From Gammaproteobacteria bacterium (GTDB taxonomy: Bacteria; Pseudomonadota; Gammaproteobacteria; Comchoanobacterales; Comchoanobacteraceae), in NCBI GenBank assembly GCA_036012865.1, contig DASCQC010000017.1:72235-136234 (forward strand): DNA of 64,000 nucleotides, given 5' to 3'. Under the pieces are notes generated by a model that saw nothing but the letters and a program-made list of their open reading frames with translations, was not told the origin of the DNA and made no database searches. Made by a program: the position numbers and the translations under genes. Positions 36,073 to 45,653 of this stretch are shown in pieces; position 1 is the first letter of the stretch, and every line of letters begins with the position of its first letter.

Positions 36073-37056
36073 ATGTACACCATGATTGAAAAGATCGATA
36101 CCATTCAAAGCATCGCCACCAACCTTATTCGTCTACAGCAAAAGGCATTAGATGACCTTGTGCCTGTATTTGATGAGGCATGGACAATTATTTGCCAACA
36201 AATTGCAACAACACCCTACCCGATTATCATTATAGGCCTTGGAAAATCAGGTCATATTGGGCATAAAGTTGCGTCAACCCTAGCGAGCACGGGATCTCCC
36301 TCCCATTATATTCATGCCACTGAAGCTGGTCACGGGGATCTTGGAAACATTCAACCACAAAGTCATGTCATTTTATTTTCATTTTCTGGAGAAACACAGG
36401 AAGTTATCGCACTTATTCCTTTCTTAAAACAACTAAACTGCACCACCTATGCCATCACCAAAAACAACACCAACACACTAGCAAAATCTGTGGATCATTG
36501 CCTTGCCCTGCCCCCCCTCAAAGAAGCCTGCCCACATAAACTGGCCCCGACAACCTCAACATCCCTCATGCTAACCCTTGGGGATGCTCTGGCTATTAGC
36601 TTGATGCACCTTAAAAAGTTTACTAAGGATCATTTTGCCCTCAACCACCCCAGCGGGTTTCTTGGAAAAAAACTTTGCCTGCACGCAGCTAATATCATGA
36701 GGCCTCTCACCGAACTTCCCACGGCCAGACCCCAATCATTATTGAGTCACGCTCTAGTAGAGATGTCATCAAAAAATTTAGGTTGTGTTTTAGTGATTAA
36801 TGAGCAGCGTCAACTCAAAGGCATTGTAACCGATGGAGACTTGAAACGATGCATTAACCTCTCTGTTAATATTCATACAACATCTCTCGAGTCTATTATG
36901 ACACGCTCCCCTCACTCTATACCTTCTCAATCCCTTGCCATCAATGCATTAAAAATCATGCAAGAAAGAAAAATTACTGCCATACCTATCGTCGACAACG
37001 ATACCTTGGTGGGACTTTGCCACATACATGACATTTTAGAGCTTGGGCTGAATTAA
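36073..37056 (+). CDS. kdsD: arabinose-5-phosphate isomerase (SIS + tandem CBS)
   Basis: GLGKSGHIGHKVASTLASTGSPS and SFSGETQE (SIS), then C-terminal CBS pair (..LKGIVTDGDLKR.., ..LVGLCHIHDIL). Divergent from mlaF, as in E. coli. Confidence 0.92.
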   Translation: MYTMIEKIDTIQSIATNLIRLQQKALDDLVPVFDEAWTIICQQIATTPYPIIIIGLGKSGHIGHKVASTLASTGSPSHYIHATEAGHGDLGNIQPQSHVILFSFSGETQEVIALIPFLKQLNCTTYAITKNNTNTLAKSVDHCLALPPLKEACPHKLAPTTSTSLMLTLGDALAISLMHLKKFTKDHFALNHPSGFLGKKLCLHAANIMRPLTELPTARPQSLLSHALVEMSSKNLGCVLVINEQRQLKGIVTDGDLKRCINLSVNIHTTSLESIMTRSPHSIPSQSLAINALKIMQERKITAIPIVDNDTLVGLCHIHDILELGLN

Positions 37057-37613
37057 TGCGGAACCAAACTCAATTCATTCTTATTCTCATCATAAGCACA
37101 AGTTTTTTTTATGTTGGGTTAATTTTTCTTAACCTCTCGCCGAGGCCTAACCCGCCAAAATTAAGCCCTAGCAATTATTACAAACAAATTAGCATGTCAA
37201 TAGTCAACCTTGACCCTAATCAAACGGTCTACCTTCAAGCTGAAACTGCACAGAACCATCACAATCAATGGGACCTTGAACAACTTACTATCAACTGGAA
37301 TCACATAACTCCTTGGCACCTTGAAGCTGAAACAGGCCAAATGGATATCCCCTCTAAACGATTAAAGCTTCTAGGACATATTCACGCAACTCAATGGGCC
37401 CCTCCCTGCAATCGTACAATTCTAACCGAATCTTTGTCCATTGACCTCAACACCCATCAAGCCAGAACCCATGATATCATTCAGATTAATAGTCCCGGTG
37501 AGTCTATTCATGCCGTTGGAGCTAACATCAAGCTACAAGATAATACCATGGTGTTTGATCAAATCCTAAATAGTTTGATCGACACCCATAGCCCTTGTTA
37601 CACTCACCCATGA
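37056..37613 (+). CDS. lptC: LPS export protein LptC (candidate)
   Basis: 185 aa with a single N-terminal TM anchor. The ATG overlaps the kdsD TAA by 1 nt. The pattern W.LEAE.G......L.L.GHI... fits LptC loosely. Confidence 0.6.
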   Translation: MRNQTQFILILIISTSFFYVGLIFLNLSPRPNPPKLSPSNYYKQISMSIVNLDPNQTVYLQAETAQNHHNQWDLEQLTINWNHITPWHLEAETGQMDIPSKRLKLLGHIHATQWAPPCNRTILTESLSIDLNTHQARTHDIIQINSPGESIHAVGANIKLQDNTMVFDQILNSLIDTHSPCYTHP

Positions 37614-37626
37614 AAAAGGAGTATTC

Positions 37627-38382
37627 ATGATTTACTTAAAATTGATTAAACCCCTATTGATGATTACTTTAGGACTAGTTTTGAGTGGGTGCGCTCAAAC
37701 CGACGACCCTCTCAATGACCCCTATGAAAAGACCAATAGAAAAATATTTGATTTTAATAAGTCTCTTATTGAGAAACATCACGAAAATGCTGCAGAAAAT
37801 GACGATACTGAAACCTATCCCGATGAAGTTGACAAACTTTCAATCATTGCCGATCATTTCTTCTCTAATCTGTATGAAATCAATAATATGGTGCATGATA
37901 CTTTGCAGTTTCAAGGGGTATTCTTACTCAATGATTTTTGGCGATTTACCCTCAACTCTACTCTCGGCTGTTTTGGAATATTTGAAGTTGCCAGACATTT
38001 TGGCCTTCCTCGCCACTACCAAGATTTCTCCAAAACCCTGGCTTATTGGGGGTTCAAAAACCCACCTTACCTGGTCTTACCTTTCTTAGGCCCTAATGAC
38101 ACATTCTCAGCTCTTTCTATCCCCATAGACTATATGGTTTTACTCCCCATAAAAGGCGTCCATAGCATTAAATATAATATCTTTAATCAATACATCTATG
38201 CCTTACACTTAGTGAATATTTCGAAGCCCATTCAAACCATGATGCTCGAAGCCATGGACCCTTATATTTTTGCAAGAGATGGTTACCTCCAAAGAAGAGC
38301 CTTTCTTAATGAACCGGAAGATTACGCTGAAATGAAACAAGATCTACTTGAAACATTACAACTGGAAGCTGAAGAAGAATAA
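37627..38382 (+). CDS. mlaA: outer-membrane lipoprotein MlaA (VacJ family)
   Basis: Lipobox LVLSGC. DPYEKTNRKIFDFNKSL, NSTLGCFGIFEVA, PYLVLPFLGPN. Confidence 0.88.
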   Translation: MIYLKLIKPLLMITLGLVLSGCAQTDDPLNDPYEKTNRKIFDFNKSLIEKHHENAAENDDTETYPDEVDKLSIIADHFFSNLYEINNMVHDTLQFQGVFLLNDFWRFTLNSTLGCFGIFEVARHFGLPRHYQDFSKTLAYWGFKNPPYLVLPFLGPNDTFSALSIPIDYMVLLPIKGVHSIKYNIFNQYIYALHLVNISKPIQTMMLEAMDPYIFARDGYLQRRAFLNEPEDYAEMKQDLLETLQLEAEEE

Positions 38383-38387
38383 ACCTC

Positions 38388-38861
38388 ATGCACATTGTAT
38401 TGTATCAACCTGAAATCCCGCCCAACACGGGAAATATTATTCGACTGGTTGCCAACACCGGGTGCTTCTTGTCCATTATAGAGCCCATGGGGTTTTCATG
38501 GGATGATAAACAACTTAAGCGTGCTGGCTTAGATTATCACATGCTGGCACATGTTAAACGATACCCTAATTGGGACCATTGGATAGAAAGCCATCGACCT
38601 CAACGTATTTTTGGGTTAACAACCAAAGGTACAACACGCTACGACACCGTATCATACCAAAAAAATGACACCCTTGTCTTCGGACCCGAAACACGTGGCC
38701 TACCCTCGGATATTCTTACATCACTGCCCAAAGAACAGTTACTCTATATTCCCATGCAGGCTCAATCAAGAAGCTTAAACCTATCCAACGCAGTCGCAAT
38801 ATGCACCTATGAAGCCCTTAGACAAACAGGTTTTAGCCAACTCATCACTAAGGGCGCTTAA
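38388..38861 (+). CDS. trmL: tRNA (cytidine/uridine-2'-O)-methyltransferase TrmL
   Basis: MHIVLYQPEIPPNTGNIIRL, LVFGPETRGLP, SLNLSNAVAI (SpoU/TrmL knot). Confidence 0.92.
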   Translation: MHIVLYQPEIPPNTGNIIRLVANTGCFLSIIEPMGFSWDDKQLKRAGLDYHMLAHVKRYPNWDHWIESHRPQRIFGLTTKGTTRYDTVSYQKNDTLVFGPETRGLPSDILTSLPKEQLLYIPMQAQSRSLNLSNAVAICTYEALRQTGFSQLITKGA

Positions 38862-39228
38862 TACTGTATCCAACCATAGCTGTTACTGAACATAAAAAAC
38901 CTCCCCAAACAGTATCCATCAATGCCAGACTTAAAGGCCAACCCTGAATGAGAACACAACACGTTAAACTATAAACTCCGTAGACAATAACGCCATATAA
39001 ACAGCCCAACTTAAGAGCCTCCTGTCGACTCAGAGACTGAGCCAAAACCAACCGTGCAAGGCCCCAAACCAAGAGCACATAAACAAGAGCTATGACACCA
39101 TAGTTAAGCGCCCCAGACCTTAATAAGTCTCCAATAAAAGCCTAGTATAATGGGTAACCAAAACCATAAATCCAAAAGGCATCTAATATTAACATAGTCA
39201 AACACATCCCTACATAAACCCTCATCAT
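38848..39228 (-). pseudogene. DUF2177-like membrane protein interrupted by an in-frame TAG
   Basis: Own translation from ATG 39228 gives MMRVYVGMCLTMLILDAFWIYGFGYPLY, then TAG (39142-39144), then in the same frame AFIGDLLRSGALNYGVIALVYVLLVWGLARLVL.. continuing into track ORF 38848-39078. Confidence 0.6.
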
Positions 39229-39252
39229 CCCTCTTTACGAAACTGATTAAAA

Positions 39253-40857
39253 TTACATATCAACATACCTGGGACCATCTCCCCCCTCCGGTAAAACCCA
39301 TTGAATATTTCCACCTGAACACGCTTTACAATGAATGCAGTTTTGTGAATTAATTTGTAATTTCTTGGTATGATCTACATCAACAATTTCATAGACTCCT
39401 GCTGGACAATAACGAGTCTCTGGAGATCTGTATAACTGATAATAGTGCTCAATAGCTAACCTTGGCTTCTTTAAAACCAAATGACTTGGCTGATCTTCTG
39501 CATGATTGGTGTTGGTTAATTGAACAGATGTCGGTCGATCAAAACTAATCACGCCATCAGGGGCAGGGTAATCAATCGGTTGATGCTGATCATGCTGATC
39601 CCAATTTTTATCTGGCTTCAGCGCTATTGTCCAGGGCTCATACCCTCTCGATACATAACTGGTAAACGCTGCATTCACAACCCCAAAAAAATTGCCTCGG
39701 TAAAACCCTGGCCGAATATTTCGACTACTCCTTAGCTCTTTGATCACCCCACTTTGCATGAGCTTTGAGGTAAATGTATTCGTGACACTGATTTCTTTAG
39801 CACCTAAATTCTTGACAATATTTTCCGCCGCTAATTTTCCAGACCGAATAGCGTTATGAGAACCCTTTATTTTAGCAATGTTTAACAAACCTGCTGAACA
39901 CCCTATCATCACCCCCCCCGGGAAATCACACTGAGGAACAGCTTGATAACCCCCCTCATTAATCGTCCTAGCACCGTAACTCAACCTTTCGCCCTGATCA
40001 AGGGCACGCTGAATCAAGGGGTGGTGCTTATATCGCTGAAACTCCCTAAAAGGATCCAAATAAGGGTTTTTATAATCCATCCCCATAATCAAACCGACCA
40101 TCACTTTTTGATCATCCCCGTGGTAAAGAAAACCCCCACCATAAGTTGAAGAATTCATGGGCCAACCTGCGGTATGAACAACCCTACCAGGCTGATGCAT
40201 CTGACTACTCACGCGCCACACTTCCTTGAACCCTAACCCATAAGTTTGTGGCTGACAGTCTTTATCCAAATGAAATATTTCCATGGCTTTTTGTGCCAAA
40301 GATCCTTTAGCCCCCTCAGCAACAACCACCTTATTAGCCTCAATAGCAATGCCTGGTTGATACTGACCTCCTTGCTCACCTGTCTTTAAAATCCCTTTTT
40401 CTCCGGTGATAACCCCCTTAACTTCTCCTTTGTCATTCAGCATAAAATCCTTTCCACTATACCCTGGAAGAATTTGTACTCCGAGAGATTCAGCTTGAGC
40501 TGCTAAGTAACGACATAACCTACCCAAACTGATGACATAGTTTCCCCGATTATTCAGCCCTGGTGGAACAGGCAGTGAATAAGATGTCTTTTTACTCAGC
40601 CAATAAAAAGCATCTTCAGTAACTTTCGTTTTCAGGGGCGCATCCGTCACTTGCCAATTAGGAATAAGCTCTGTCAGCGCTGCTGTCTCAAAAATAGCCC
40701 CCGAAATAATATGTGCTCCAACCTCGGAACCTTTTTCCAGAATAAACACCTCTAAGCTTTTCCCTTGTTCTTTGGCTAACTGGGCTAGTCTAATTCCACA
40801 TGAAAGTCCGGCTGGACCTGCTCCAACAATCACCACGTCACATTTTAGTTTGTCCAT
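39253..40857 (-). CDS. electron transfer flavoprotein-ubiquinone oxidoreductase
   Basis: DVVIVGAGPAGLS FAD fold and C-terminal YCPAGVYE..NCIHCKAC..WVLPEGGDGPRY. Confidence 0.94.
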   Translation of the reverse strand: MDKLKCDVVIVGAGPAGLSCGIRLAQLAKEQGKSLEVFILEKGSEVGAHIISGAIFETAALTELIPNWQVTDAPLKTKVTEDAFYWLSKKTSYSLPVPPGLNNRGNYVISLGRLCRYLAAQAESLGVQILPGYSGKDFMLNDKGEVKGVITGEKGILKTGEQGGQYQPGIAIEANKVVVAEGAKGSLAQKAMEIFHLDKDCQPQTYGLGFKEVWRVSSQMHQPGRVVHTAGWPMNSSTYGGGFLYHGDDQKVMVGLIMGMDYKNPYLDPFREFQRYKHHPLIQRALDQGERLSYGARTINEGGYQAVPQCDFPGGVMIGCSAGLLNIAKIKGSHNAIRSGKLAAENIVKNLGAKEISVTNTFTSKLMQSGVIKELRSSRNIRPGFYRGNFFGVVNAAFTSYVSRGYEPWTIALKPDKNWDQHDQHQPIDYPAPDGVISFDRPTSVQLTNTNHAEDQPSHLVLKKPRLAIEHYYQLYRSPETRYCPAGVYEIVDVDHTKKLQINSQNCIHCKACSGGNIQWVLPEGGDGPRYVDM

Positions 40858-40951
40858 TCAATTCAACCACTCTTGATTTGAACTATAGGTTAGCCGTAAA
40901 AGACCTCATCAATCAATATTATTATGCTATAATAAAAACCGGAGGTTATTA

Positions 40952-41692
40952 ATGAATATACTCGTACCTTGTAAACGTTGCATTGACTACAATGTTGCCA
41001 TTCATGTTAAAGAAGACAAAACTTCAGTTGTCAAAGAGGGTGTCAAGATGTCGATGAACCCTTTTGATGAAATTGCGTTGGAAGAAGCCTTACGATTAAA
41101 GGAAAAAGGTCTTTGCAAAACCATTACTGCGTTGACCATTGACACGGTAAATGGAGATGAAACTTTGCGTCACGCATTAGCCATGGGCGCAGACTACGCA
41201 AAACGCATTGATCAGCCCCCACCAGATGAGCCTTGGGTCGTTGCTAAATTATTACAACAAGCGATGAAAGACATTTCTCCCGATCTAGTTCTCATGGGAA
41301 AACTAGCCATTGATGGAGATCATAGTCAAGTGGGTCCTCTTTTAGCAGGGTTCCTTAACTGGCCTCAAGCAACCTTTATCTCAAACCTTACGATAAACAA
41401 TGCGAAAGCAACAGCAACCCGAGAGGTCGATGAAGGTCTAGAAACTATTGAAATCTCTTTACCCGCGGTTATCACCACTGACCTTCGACTCAATAAGCCT
41501 CGTTACATTGCACTGCCCAACCTAATCAAAGCCCGGCAAAAACCCATTGACCTTTTAACTTACCCTCAAAACAATCAGGAACCTCGTACTCGCCTCATTC
41601 AAGTCTCTAAACCCACATCAAGAACACCCGGAACCGTGTACACCGATTTATCAAAATTCATTCATGACCTACAAAAAAAAGGAATTTTATGA
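40952..41692 (+). CDS. etfB: electron transfer flavoprotein beta subunit
   Basis: MNILVPCKRCIDYNV..MNPFDEIALEEALRLKE..LMGKLAIDGDHSQVGPLLA. Confidence 0.93.
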   Translation: MNILVPCKRCIDYNVAIHVKEDKTSVVKEGVKMSMNPFDEIALEEALRLKEKGLCKTITALTIDTVNGDETLRHALAMGADYAKRIDQPPPDEPWVVAKLLQQAMKDISPDLVLMGKLAIDGDHSQVGPLLAGFLNWPQATFISNLTINNAKATATREVDEGLETIEISLPAVITTDLRLNKPRYIALPNLIKARQKPIDLLTYPQNNQEPRTRLIQVSKPTSRTPGTVYTDLSKFIHDLQKKGIL

Positions 41693-42609
41693 AAATTTTA
41701 CTCATAGACTTTATACATCATACTTTACCCAAAACGCTGCTTAAACTCAGTGAGGCCTTCAAAGATCATGAAAGAACCATCGCCCTTGTTGGTAACTGCC
41801 AGGAAAATATAGTTCATCAAGCCACTCAAATCCAAGGCACCGCTAAAGTTCACACGTTGAATAGCTCAAATGCCGTCACTGCAGAAGACACGACACATTC
41901 TCTTGTCAAGCTATGTAAAGATTTTGATATTGTTGCCATGCCCAGCCATACCAGTGGTCGCAACTGTTTACCCAGGCTTGCGGCGGCTCTTGATATTGCG
42001 CCCATTACCAATATCACATCGATTCTTTCATCCCACCAATACCAACGGCCTATTTATGCAGGCAATGCTCTTGAGACCCTAGAAAACCTTCAGCCCAAAC
42101 AAGCCCTAACGATCCAAACCAGTGGCTTTAAACCCCTCGAAGAAAAACAAGCTCCCTGCCCTCATGCTTCCTTGCCTTTAAAATTAACCCATCTTTGCAA
42201 AGTCATCCAGGTGGAATCGCATTCGAGTGATCGACCTGACCTTCAAAATGCCGACATTGTTGTCTCTGGTGGAAGGGGGTTAGGGTCCAAAGAAAACTTC
42301 CAATTGATTGAATCCTTAGCCGATCAACTTAATGGTGCCATAGGAGCCTCGAGAGCTGCCGTGGATGCTGATTTTGTTCCCAATGATTATCAAGTGGGTC
42401 AAACCGGTAAAATTGTTGCTCCCGACGTTTACATTGCTGTGGGAATTTCAGGTGCCATTCAACATTTAGCTGGCATGAAAGACAGTCAAACCATCATTGC
42501 AATTAATAAAGATGAACAAGCCCCCATCTTCAAAATTGCTGATTACGGTTATGCTGGAGATTTATTTGAAGCTGTTCCAGCCATAATCGAGGCGGTTAAA
42601 ACTAAATAG
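41689..42609 (+). CDS. etfA: electron transfer flavoprotein alpha subunit
   Basis: ATGA overlap with etfB. VVSGGRGLGS..GASRAAVDA..QVGQTGKIVAPDVYIAVGISGAIQHLAGM. Confidence 0.93.
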   Translation: MKILLIDFIHHTLPKTLLKLSEAFKDHERTIALVGNCQENIVHQATQIQGTAKVHTLNSSNAVTAEDTTHSLVKLCKDFDIVAMPSHTSGRNCLPRLAAALDIAPITNITSILSSHQYQRPIYAGNALETLENLQPKQALTIQTSGFKPLEEKQAPCPHASLPLKLTHLCKVIQVESHSSDRPDLQNADIVVSGGRGLGSKENFQLIESLADQLNGAIGASRAAVDADFVPNDYQVGQTGKIVAPDVYIAVGISGAIQHLAGMKDSQTIIAINKDEQAPIFKIADYGYAGDLFEAVPAIIEAVKTK

Positions 42610-43387
42610 GCAATACTTCATCTTTTCTTGCCGTTAACACCTCGCACCCATTGTCTGTCACCAGTAGGGTATGTTCCCATTGAGCAGATGGAGACCTATC
42701 TTTAGTAATGACTGTCCAATCATCTCCCAGTAAACGTACGTGTCGAGCACCTGAATTAACCATCGGTTCAATGGTAAAGGTCAAACCCTCTTCGATAACA
42801 ATATCTTCAACAGAGTCATCATCATAATGTAAAACTTGAAACCCTGATTCATGAAACATCGAACCAATACCATGGCCGCAGTATTCATGAACACTTGTGC
42901 AATAATTTGCCAGCGCATGCTTTTCAATGGCCGAACCTAACACCTTTAAACTTAACCCCGGCTTAACTAATTTAATTCCAAGATAAAGACACTCTTGAGC
43001 AACTCTAATCACCTTTTGTGCAGCAAAAGAAGGCTTACCAATCACAAACATTTCGCTAGTATCGCCGTGATAACCATCCTTGATAACTGTTACATCAATA
43101 TTGAGAATATCTCCATCCTTTAATGGTTTTTCTTTCGGAATTCCATGACACACCACATGGTTAACAGACGTACAAATGGACTTGGGAAACCCCTTGTAGT
43201 TGAGAGGTGCCGGAATAGCCCCCTGAACCTCGGTGATATACTGATGACAACGATCATTCAACTCTAAAGTCGTAACCCCCTTGATAACATAGGGGCGAAT
43301 CATATCCAAAACACCTGCCGCTAAAGCACCCGCTATTCGCATTTTTTTGATTTCTTCTGGGGTTTTTACATATTGACTGACTGACAT
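42602..43387 (-). CDS. map: type I methionine aminopeptidase
   Basis: KTPEEIKKMRIAG, ICTSVNHVVCHGIP, DGYHGDTS, GHGIG, EPM, EHT metal-ligand pattern. Confidence 0.95.
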   Translation of the reverse strand: MSVSQYVKTPEEIKKMRIAGALAAGVLDMIRPYVIKGVTTLELNDRCHQYITEVQGAIPAPLNYKGFPKSICTSVNHVVCHGIPKEKPLKDGDILNIDVTVIKDGYHGDTSEMFVIGKPSFAAQKVIRVAQECLYLGIKLVKPGLSLKVLGSAIEKHALANYCTSVHEYCGHGIGSMFHESGFQVLHYDDDSVEDIVIEEGLTFTIEPMVNSGARHVRLLGDDWTVITKDRSPSAQWEHTLLVTDNGCEVLTARKDEVLPI

Positions 43388-43455
43388 ATTTTCTCCTTAA
43401 CGGAGCAGTGTAACCAATTATTGATAAAAATAAAAGATTCAAACCCTCAAAGAAT

Positions 43456-44163
43456 TTATCGGTTGCTCAAGGTAAGGATGGATTGTAATAGCTGGCCTGC
43501 AACATAATTTCGATCCCATGTGACGCCGGTTTCTTTTTGAAGGCTGGTCCAGCGCTGATCCCGCGGGCCCCCTTTGAGCATATTAACATTAAAACCAAAG
43601 CTGACAATAAAACCATCAACAGCATCTGACATGGGCTCAGAAACTTTCACTCCCAAACACTTTGCATCATCAATCATCACGTCATTGGGCCACTTAACCT
43701 TAACTTTATTGTTAGGAACCCAAGCCTGAATACACACCGCTAACGCTTGTGCAATTTCAACGGCTAATTCTTTACTTTTTTTGAAAGGAAAAACAGCTGA
43801 AACCAAGAGATTCTCACCAAAACAAGCCACCCAGGGGTCCCCTTTACACCCCTTTCCTTGGGTTTGATATTCTGCGATAAAAACCTGGTAGAGCTGAAGT
43901 TCTTTGGCATAAAAACAATGATCATGCGTAGAATTGATACTCTGTACAACATGAATATCACAAGGGTATTTCACATACTTTTGAATGAGTTGAGATTGCA
44001 ATTTATCTGTAGGAACTTCCCACATCATGTTAGCCCCCCATTGAACGCTCAAACCGTAACTCTCTGCAAACTTATGCCATTGTTTAGGAATAACAATCTG
44101 CTTTCCTTGACTTTTACTATGGTTGCAACACAACCACGCTAACCAATCTTTCTCATGATTCAC
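43456..44163 (-). CDS. biotin protein ligase-like catalytic domain (BirA class I-like, divergent)
   Basis: IAEYQTQGKGCKGDPW aligns with BirA IAEYQQAGRGRRGRKW, and VKWPNDVMIDDAKCLG with VKWPNDLYLQDRKLAG. No HTH, and it ends before the usual C-terminal domain. Confidence 0.55.
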   Translation of the reverse strand: MNHEKDWLAWLCCNHSKSQGKQIVIPKQWHKFAESYGLSVQWGANMMWEVPTDKLQSQLIQKYVKYPCDIHVVQSINSTHDHCFYAKELQLYQVFIAEYQTQGKGCKGDPWVACFGENLLVSAVFPFKKSKELAVEIAQALAVCIQAWVPNNKVKVKWPNDVMIDDAKCLGVKVSEPMSDAVDGFIVSFGFNVNMLKGGPRDQRWTSLQKETGVTWDRNYVAGQLLQSILTLSNR

Positions 44164-44181
44164 GCTATTTCCTCTTATGGC

Positions 44182-45192
44182 TTAAACGAGGTGATCTTCT
44201 TCCAGTTGCTTAGCATGCTCTAAAATAGTTTCTTGCAAACTGCGATATTGAAGGCCTAACTGTAATGACTTCTGATGGTCGTACGCTACAGACTGACCTA
44301 AGTTACGACGAAGAATCTCTTGCTTAATCCCAACCAGCGGAGCCACACAACGCACAACAAAATTGGGTAATTTCCATACCGGTAAATACCATCGCTTAGG
44401 GAAACCTTTCTTCAACATTTTACCGATGCTAAGAACACTGATGGGCTCGTTCACTACGAGGTATCGCCCTTGGCCGGATTTTGCTGCCAAAACATGCGCC
44501 TTAGCAACGTCTCTAACATCAACGCAATTAAAGTATAAATTGGGAGCAAATAATGGGTATTTACCCTTCAAAATATCTCGAATGATTCGAACACTCATTC
44601 CCAATCGCTTCGATAAACTGGGACCTATCACTAAACCTGGGTTAATGACTACCATCGTCCAATGGTCCTGCTTGTGCGCAATCTCCCATGCTGCCCTTTC
44701 TGCTAAAGTTTTACTTTTATAGTACGGGTGTGTTGGGTTATCATTCCAATCTTCTTCAGTGTAAGCACCGTTTTTTCCAGAGCCCAGACCATTCCCTCCC
44801 TTAGAAACAGCAGCAATGCTTGAAGTTAACACCACCCTTCGAACGCAATCGACTTTTTTTAATGCAGATAGCAGCCCTTTGGTTCCTTCAATGGCCGGCC
44901 TTAACAATTGTTCTTCTGGGTTAGCTACCTTAACAATCAAAACCGGTGATGCTGTATGAAACAAAGTATCACACCCCTCCAATGCAGGTAAAAATGATTC
45001 AGAATCTAATAAATCCGCCTTAAAAAGTTTTAGCTTGGGGTACGCCTGTTGCATAGCAAATAAATGTTCATTGTTCTCATTGTTCTCCAACGACCTAACC
45101 GTTCCATGTACCGTTAAACCCTCCTCTAATAACATTTTAACTACCCAAGAACCAATATACCCACTGGCTCCGGTAACGCATACACATTTCAT
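44182..45192 (-). CDS. NAD(P)-dependent SDR, dihydroflavonol/cinnamoyl-CoA reductase-like
   Basis: Start trimmed to MKCVCVTGASGYIGSW (AGGAGGG 6 nt upstream). YYKSK catalytic motif. Confidence 0.8.
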   Translation of the reverse strand: MKCVCVTGASGYIGSWVVKMLLEEGLTVHGTVRSLENNENNEHLFAMQQAYPKLKLFKADLLDSESFLPALEGCDTLFHTASPVLIVKVANPEEQLLRPAIEGTKGLLSALKKVDCVRRVVLTSSIAAVSKGGNGLGSGKNGAYTEEDWNDNPTHPYYKSKTLAERAAWEIAHKQDHWTMVVINPGLVIGPSLSKRLGMSVRIIRDILKGKYPLFAPNLYFNCVDVRDVAKAHVLAAKSGQGRYLVVNEPISVLSIGKMLKKGFPKRWYLPVWKLPNFVVRCVAPLVGIKQEILRRNLGQSVAYDHQKSLQLGLQYRSLQETILEHAKQLEEDHLV

Positions 45193-45318
45193 ACATAACC
45201 CTCCTGAACTTCTCAATCAAATCATAATTACCCCCTACATGCAAGCTTGTCCCCAAGTAAATACCCCCCTCAGCGATTATTTATCAACACCTGTCACTCA
45301 TAAAAAAGGAAACTACTC

Positions 45319-45645
45319 ATGGACTGGAAACAAAAGCACTGCAAACCTTGTGAAGGGGGCGTTTCTCCCATGACCGACAAAGCTATTCATGAACACTTAA
45401 AAAGCCTTGATAAATGGTCATTAGAAACAAACACTAGCACGCTTACAAGAACATTTAAGTTTAATAACTTCTACCAAACCATGAGCTTTGTTAATGCCGT
45501 TGCTTGGGTTGCGAATCAAGAGGATCACCACCCTGACCTTGAAGTAAGCTATGGCAGCTGCACCGTTAACCTTTCGACCCATGCTGTTAACGGGCTTACT
45601 GATAATGATTTTATTATGGCCGCTAAAATAAGCGACCTAATCTAG
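45319..45645 (+). CDS. phhB: pterin-4-alpha-carbinolamine dehydratase
   Basis: FKFNNFYQTMSFVNAVAWVANQEDHHPDLEVSYGSCTVNLSTH..NDFIMAAK. Confidence 0.9.
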   Translation: MDWKQKHCKPCEGGVSPMTDKAIHEHLKSLDKWSLETNTSTLTRTFKFNNFYQTMSFVNAVAWVANQEDHHPDLEVSYGSCTVNLSTHAVNGLTDNDFIMAAKISDLI

Positions 45646-45653
45646 CTTTACAA

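Noticed and set aside
37685..38089. Nested or antisense ORFs inside well-supported genes. This one lies in mlaA. Others: 2037-2225, 17279-19000 series, 32139-32447, 44363-44722, 57533-57878, 59689-60227.
   Set aside because: All are shorter than, and fully contained in, genes with strong family motifs. None shows an RBS or a recognisable domain, so I treat them as shadow ORFs.
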